Assembly: GCA_963826525.1 (NCBI GenBank)
Contig: CAWGXH010000004.1
Location: 832,001-896,000 of the forward strand
Source: an uncultured Methanomicrobiaceae archaeon
Lineage (GTDB): Archaea > Halobacteriota > Methanomicrobia > Methanomicrobiales > Methanoculleaceae
Direction: 5' to 3'
DNA length: 64,000 bases
Shown: piece by piece, positions 62,068 through 64,000 of the stretch
Layout: the number at the start of each line of letters is the position of its first letter
Position numbering within the stretch: the first letter of the stretch is position 1
The notes under the pieces: generated by a model
Told to the model about the DNA's origin: nothing
Database searches by the model: none
The model's input: the letters and a program-made list of their open reading frames with translations, nothing else
Position numbers and translations under genes: made by a program

Positions 62068-62094
62068 CGCTTCGCCGGAGTATCTGCCTCGCGT

Positions 62095-62592
62095 ATGCCG
62101 GACCGAATGCATGTACCTCTCACGGAGGGTCTCCTCCTGATCAGGGGAGAACACTCTTTTTTGCTGATCGGAAAAGCGGGTCGGCGGTATGCCCTTCGCT
62201 TCGAAACCTTCGAGAAGGAGTACTCCGAGACCGTGGAGCCCGATGACCTGATTGTCGTCTCGGGGCCGGAAGGCGGCTCGGTGGAGGCGGCCCGTATGCT
62301 GCTTGAACTGGTGCGGGGGAATCACATTCCGCTGGTTATCCTGCCGAAGGGCCACCCGGGCTCGAAGCGGCTGAAAATGGTCGTCTCGGTCGCTCCAGAG
62401 ATCTTGCTTGCCTGCGACATCCAGCGCGGCACGCATCCCGAGCAGCATCTGCTCTGCTCATCCGGTGAACTTGCCGGGATGTGTATCTCCGGAGCGGAGG
62501 GCGGTGTTGAGATCGAATGGATGCCGCCATGTACGGCTATTGAATATTGGGAACCGGGTAGATATGCAGGGGACAAACAACAATATATATAA
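62095..62592 (+). CDS. hypothetical protein
   Basis: 165-aa ORF with natural-looking composition filling the gap before the ATP synthase operon. Confidence 0.7.
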   Translation: MPDRMHVPLTEGLLLIRGEHSFLLIGKAGRRYALRFETFEKEYSETVEPDDLIVVSGPEGGSVEAARMLLELVRGNHIPLVILPKGHPGSKRLKMVVSVAPEILLACDIQRGTHPEQHLLCSSGELAGMCISGAEGGVEIEWMPPCTAIEYWEPGRYAGDKQQYI

Positions 62593-62637
62593 GTTCAATT
62601 TCATCAAATATTCATAGGCCGTGAGAAGGAGGGTTTG

Positions 62638-62967
62638 ATGAAGACCGAGGTCCTGAAGAGCATCAAAAAAACCGAGGAAGAGTATCAGGCGATGATCAGT
62701 GATGCGCAGGCGGAGAGGAAGAAAAACCTCTACGATGCGGAGCTTGAAGCTGAAAACCTGATTCTGAAGGCAACAAACGATGCCGAGGAATACAAGAAGC
62801 AGCGTCTCGCCTCTGCACGGGGACAGGCGCAGCAGAAGTATACTGAGATCGTCAAAAAAGGAGAGCAGAGCGCCGAAACACTGAAAACGCAGGGCAGCAA
62901 AAAACTCGATACCGCTGTCGATTATATCGTTTCACGTTTTAAGGAGCAGCTGAATGTTACGGCCTGA
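62638..62967 (+). CDS. A1Ao ATP synthase subunit H
   Basis: MKTEVLKSIKKTEEE coiled coil; first gene before subunit I; GGAGG RBS. Confidence 0.85.
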   Translation: MKTEVLKSIKKTEEEYQAMISDAQAERKKNLYDAELEAENLILKATNDAEEYKKQRLASARGQAQQKYTEIVKKGEQSAETLKTQGSKKLDTAVDYIVSRFKEQLNVTA

Positions 62968-64000
62968 ACGGATGCGCAGGCTGCTCATTGCGGCTCCGAA
63001 AGGGCAGATCGATGCCGTGATCGCAACGCTCTACCGACACAATGCCTATCATATCGAAGATTTTGTGCCGGAGAGCGAGGCGGCCGTACCGATCAAGATC
63101 GGTATGCCCCGTCCGGGAGCGAGTGAAGCAGCTTCCGCGCTGGTTAAACTCAGAGCCATCGAGAATGCATGCGGGATCAACCCCGATGAAGTGGCGGTCA
63201 AGCAGAAGATCCCCGCCTCAAAGGTGCGATCCATCATCGAGCGTGATCTCCCTCCCCTTCAGCATGAAGTGGAGGAGCTTCTCGCCGAGCGGTCGAGACT
63301 GGAGACGAAACAGAAAGAGTGCGAGCAGCGGGAACGCGAGCTCGAGCCGTTTGCAGCGGTTCCTCTTGAGATGGAACTGTACCGCGGGTACGAGCGTTTT
63401 TCCGTTTTTGCAGGACATATCGCAAAAGATGTCCAGATTGCCGTTCCCCATGAGAAATATTTTTCCGACAAGGTTACCGGCAACATCATTGTTGTGATAG
63501 TCCAGAGCAGCGACCGCGAAGCGGTTGAGCGCACGCTTCTGGATGCCGGATTCCAGGCAGTCCCGATACCTGATGAGACAGGCTCTCCGAAGAGCCGCAT
63601 CGATCACTACACCGGAGAGGCCAAGCGGCTTGAAGGTGAGATCTCGAACATTAACCGGCGTATTCAAGATATCAAAACCCAGCACTATGAAACCCTGGTA
63701 GCATGCGATGAACTACTCACGGCTGATGTAGAGCGGGCGGAAGCCCCGTTGCGATTTGCTACCACGGAAGAGACGTTCGTCACGGAAGGATGGGTGCCCG
63801 CGACCGATGCAGAGAAGGTCAAAGAGGCACTGGTCCGGGCCACCGGTGGGAAGGTCTACGTCACTGAGCTGGAGATTGAGCACCCGAACGATGTGCCGGT
63901 CGAGTACCAGAACCCGTCATTTGCGAAGCCGTCGCAGGTTTTCATGGATCTCTACTCCCGTCCCATATACACCGAGGTTGACCCGACCCTGACGGTGTCG
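62954..64000 (+). CDS. A1Ao ATP synthase subunit I (a), partial, runs off window
   Basis: MLRPERMRRLLI...; TFVTEGWVP; DVPVEYQNP; YSRPIYTEVDPT. Confidence 0.92.
   Translation, partial: MLRPERMRRLLIAAPKGQIDAVIATLYRHNAYHIEDFVPESEAAVPIKIGMPRPGASEAASALVKLRAIENACGINPDEVAVKQKIPASKVRSIIERDLPPLQHEVEELLAERSRLETKQKECEQRERELEPFAAVPLEMELYRGYERFSVFAGHIAKDVQIAVPHEKYFSDKVTGNIIVVIVQSSDREAVERTLLDAGFQAVPIPDETGSPKSRIDHYTGEAKRLEGEISNINRRIQDIKTQHYETLVACDELLTADVERAEAPLRFATTEETFVTEGWVPATDAEKVKEALVRATGGKVYVTELEIEHPNDVPVEYQNPSFAKPSQVFMDLYSRPIYTEVDPTLTVS

Overview
GC-rich archaeal chromosome segment. Gene content (TfrAB, SepF, SmAP-L37e-PurF, thermosome, GfcR, Nob1, RtcA, LonB, A1Ao ATP synthase H/I) points to a Methanomicrobiales methanogen, probably Methanoculleus-like (inferred). 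Layout: 1-5.9 kb is a redox/oxidative-stress cluster. 7-16.4 kb is core metabolism. 16.5-16.7 kb holds two tandem initiator tRNA-Met genes. About 16.9-45.5 kb is an accessory, transporter-rich block with decaying gene remnants, an arginine deiminase + carbamate kinase pair, an uncharacterised ferritin-like protein, an orphan HerA-like ATPase and modABC; it ends at a possible integrase remnant next to tRNA-Ser. 45.9-64 kb is core again (chaperonin, RNA processing, Lon-TldDE-BofA, a KaiC pair divergent from a type IV pilus-like ATPase/platform, ATP synthase). Many genes, including essential ones, carry single-base frameshifts that most likely are long-read sequencing errors. I found no CRISPR array or intact mobile element. 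I cannot claim a clearly new system. The best leads are the ADI/CK pair in a methanogen, the reciprocally decayed pip-MFS duplication with gene-scrap junctions, the multi-site ferritin-like protein, the orphan HerA-wHTH ATPase and several candidate operators. All family calls come from motif recognition; no searches were run.
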